Source: Isurus oxyrinchus
Lineage: Eukaryota
Assembly (NCBI GenBank): GCA_026770705.1
Contig: JANJGN010000021.1
Location: forward strand, 96,844,001 to 96,908,000
DNA: 64,000 nucleotides
Direction: 5' to 3'
Of the stretch, positions 61,658-64,000 are shown piece by piece (position 1 is the stretch's first letter; each line of letters opens with the position of its first letter). Below the pieces are notes generated by a model. It did not search any database. It saw only the letters and a program-made list of their open reading frames with translations, and had not been told where the DNA came from. The translations under genes were made by a program, and so were the position numbers.

Positions 61658-61740
61658 AAGCTTATTTTCTCGCTTTCATGGTTCATGACACAGTTGGGAG
61701 GAAGCTTATTTTCTCGCTTTCGTGGGTCATGACACAGTTG
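61657..61740. repeat. 44-bp tandem duplication of the tRNA-Asn 3' trailer
   Basis: gaagcttattttctcgctttc(a/g)tgg(t/g)tcatgacacagttg occurs twice. Confidence 0.85.
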
Positions 61741-62173
61741 TGGATTGTTTCTTTCATTTGCTATGAAATATTCGACAAACATTGTCAGCTTTGACGTTTA
61801 CCAGTGAGTTCCCATCGAGATACTTAATGAGTATTCATTTCAAGTAAATGATACTGACATCCACCCCATTCGGAATATACTAAGATAATGAGCTAAAAGA
61901 AACAACTGCAGACACACTCCAAACACAGCTCTTTCCTGTTTATCTTTTGACTAAAAGGCTGCATTAAAAAATCCCAATAATAAATTATCTCAACGATCCA
62001 GATGATGCTGAATTTTGGTACATGCCCAACAGCTTTAATCCAGCATTTAACGCTGCCCGCCCAGGCAATCGCAGACCGCAAACGCCAGTTTTGAAGCTGG
62101 CGATTGCGACTGTAAGCTGGCTTTCCTGTTAACTTCCCAACACTGCCTCCTCCCACTCCCACTCCCGCTCCTC

Positions 62174-62925
62174 TGTTGTGACTGATGCAGTTGGCAAAGC
62201 GGAGTTGTTTAAAAGTCTCAAAAGTAACCTTTAAACAACTGTCAGATCCTATAATTAATTGCTATATTTGAGATGCGACTCTAAATTCAGGAATCGGAGC
62301 CCCAGTTCTCGATGTTTATATTGAACTAAATTAAACATCTTATTAATTTGCACAGGTTAATATATATGTACACATGACTATAAATTACTATCATAACTTT
62401 TAACAAATTCCCAAACTAATCTCCATTAAGGCAACAGCAACCCATAGACTTAACCAAACACCAGGCAAAGCGTTTTCGCCTTACAAATCCAAAATGAGGT
62501 TCTTTCACTTTGGTTTCTGTGGAGCCAGTTGGAGGCTTGCAGCTGCCTTTTGATCTCACATTGTCTCTGCTCTGCACACCTGAAAACAACTGAAGTTATT
62601 CCCAACAGCCCCATTGAATGTTAATTATCATTATACCAACAACCTTTGAACTAAACCTCTCTAACAATAAAACCCCTTTTATTGCACCAACTTTATTAGT
62701 AATATAAACATATTGCTTGGTAGCTGCTAGAAAGGCGTCAGTTTTCACCCCACTTGAACGCTGTATTCGAAAAATGCAAATGCACGCTATCTCCCTTACA
62801 TAATATCCATCAAAACATCCAGACTAGCTGGCCTTAATCAAGTTAGGACACAGCTGCAGACTGAAGATCTATTTTAGAAGAAAAATATTTTCCAAAATAT
62901 TATGTACAGTAATAGCTTCATGACA
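62174..62925. mobile_element. probable solo LTR
   Basis: TGTTGTGA...TCATGACA inverted termini on an AT-rich non-coding block that splits a C-rich tract. No clear TSD. Confidence 0.45.
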
Positions 62926-63720
62926 CACCCTCTCTCCCCACTCGCCTCCTCCCCACCACGACAACAACACCCCCCCCCCCCCCCCCTCACCTCCACCCCC
63001 GGCTCCATTGCGAGATTTTGAATGAAACTGAGGGAATAAACACTTATTTCGTTATGGCGCTTCTCCTTGCCGAGCAAAGAAGAGCGCGTTGGGTCACCAC
63101 TTTGATTTCTTAGAAGGCAGTAGTTTTGGCAATTCATCTGGATGTTTCTGAAACCACCACAGGAGTAGAGTGCGTGGTTAACAGTCTAGAACCTCATGGA
63201 GAGAGAGGAATGCATGAAATTCTCTGAAGATCCCCGGATTTGAAGATGTAGCCACAGTATATGCCCATAACTATCTCGACAAACATCTCGTTGCCCCATT
63301 TACTCTTACGGAGAGTGAAAACGGACAGAATGGGCTCATTCTGATTCCCCGTTGAGAACTTTTCTCGGCCAGGCATGGCAAACTCTTTTGTCAATTCATT
63401 TTTTCCTGACTTTCCCTCTGTCACAGACGTTTCATTTTGTTGATTTCTCACGCTGCCGCTTCTCCTTACTTCCTATCAATTGCATTTCTATTTTTTCCTC
63501 GGGTTTTAATGAAAGACCATGGGCCTGAAACATGAGCGCCGATTCTATCGCCACAATCTGACTGATTCTGTATTTGCAACTTTTGTTCTTTTTATTCCAG
63601 CGGCCTGAAAACATGGCTGATCGGCTCTACGTAGCAATGCAAGTATATGTTCGCTGAAATATTGCATTATTGGCCGCTGCTTTATCTACAACTATTGTTG
63701 CCATTCAAGAGTTGTCATTG

Positions 63721-63763
63721 AACGAGGGGTCTAGAGTTTGGAATTGAAATCTCGGACGAGCCC
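63721..63763 (+). pseudogene. internally deleted tRNA-Pro remnant
   Basis: GGTCTAGAGTT (A-box-like) joined to TTGAAATCTCGGACGAGCCC, resembling the tRNA-Pro 3' end TTCAAATCCCGGACGAGCCC. Confidence 0.45.
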
Positions 63764-64000
63764 TGCATGTTTCATGAACTTTCAATTCAAAACATAAATT
63801 GTGTTTTCAAAGACGTTCTGCGTTGAAGGAGGTGGGGTTAATTTCCATTCGGAGTATAGGAGTAGGTCTTTTTTGAATAAAAAGAAACGAAGCAGGTTTG
63901 ATGATGCAACGTGCCTGGACAAAATTAAGGCATTTTTTTTCCCTGGAAGGTTTGCCTGTTTAAGCGGACCCTGAATTGATGCCAATCCATTGAGAAACAA

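Noticed and set aside
63040-63120. LGKEKRH on the minus strand, reminiscent of the histone H4 N-tail
   Set aside because: No histone fold follows; chance similarity.

Overview
Vertebrate genomic DNA, most likely from a cartilaginous fish (shark). This is inferred from the MHC class I sequence, the MEKPWKC-type zinc-finger exons and the CR1/Penelope/Tx1 repeat landscape. Most of the window is decayed, often nested retrotransposons (CR1, L2, RTE, L1-Tx1, Penelope-like, solo LTRs, SINEs). Main non-repeat content: (1) a complete 7-exon MHC class I heavy-chain pseudogene on + (30512-58969). It resembles the classical lineage, has three in-frame stops and a dead splice acceptor but no frameshift, keeps an SXY/IRF/NF-kB-like promoter, and has a ~5 kb sense Tx1 element in intron 1. 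(2) An intact 7-finger C2H2 ZNF gene on - (7985-8629) and its head-to-head inverted paralog, now a pseudogene, on + (20936-21422), with duplicated promoters. (3) tRNA genes at both ends: one probably functional tRNA-Asn, plus Glu, Thr, His and Pro relics. (4) An orphan CpG-island promoter at ~22.7-23.0 kb. (5) Several minimal hammerhead-ribozyme motifs in Penelope-like termini. No prokaryotic-type system (CRISPR etc.) is present. All homology calls come from reading by eye and recalled consensus sequences, not database searches. Repeat boundaries without TSDs are approximate.
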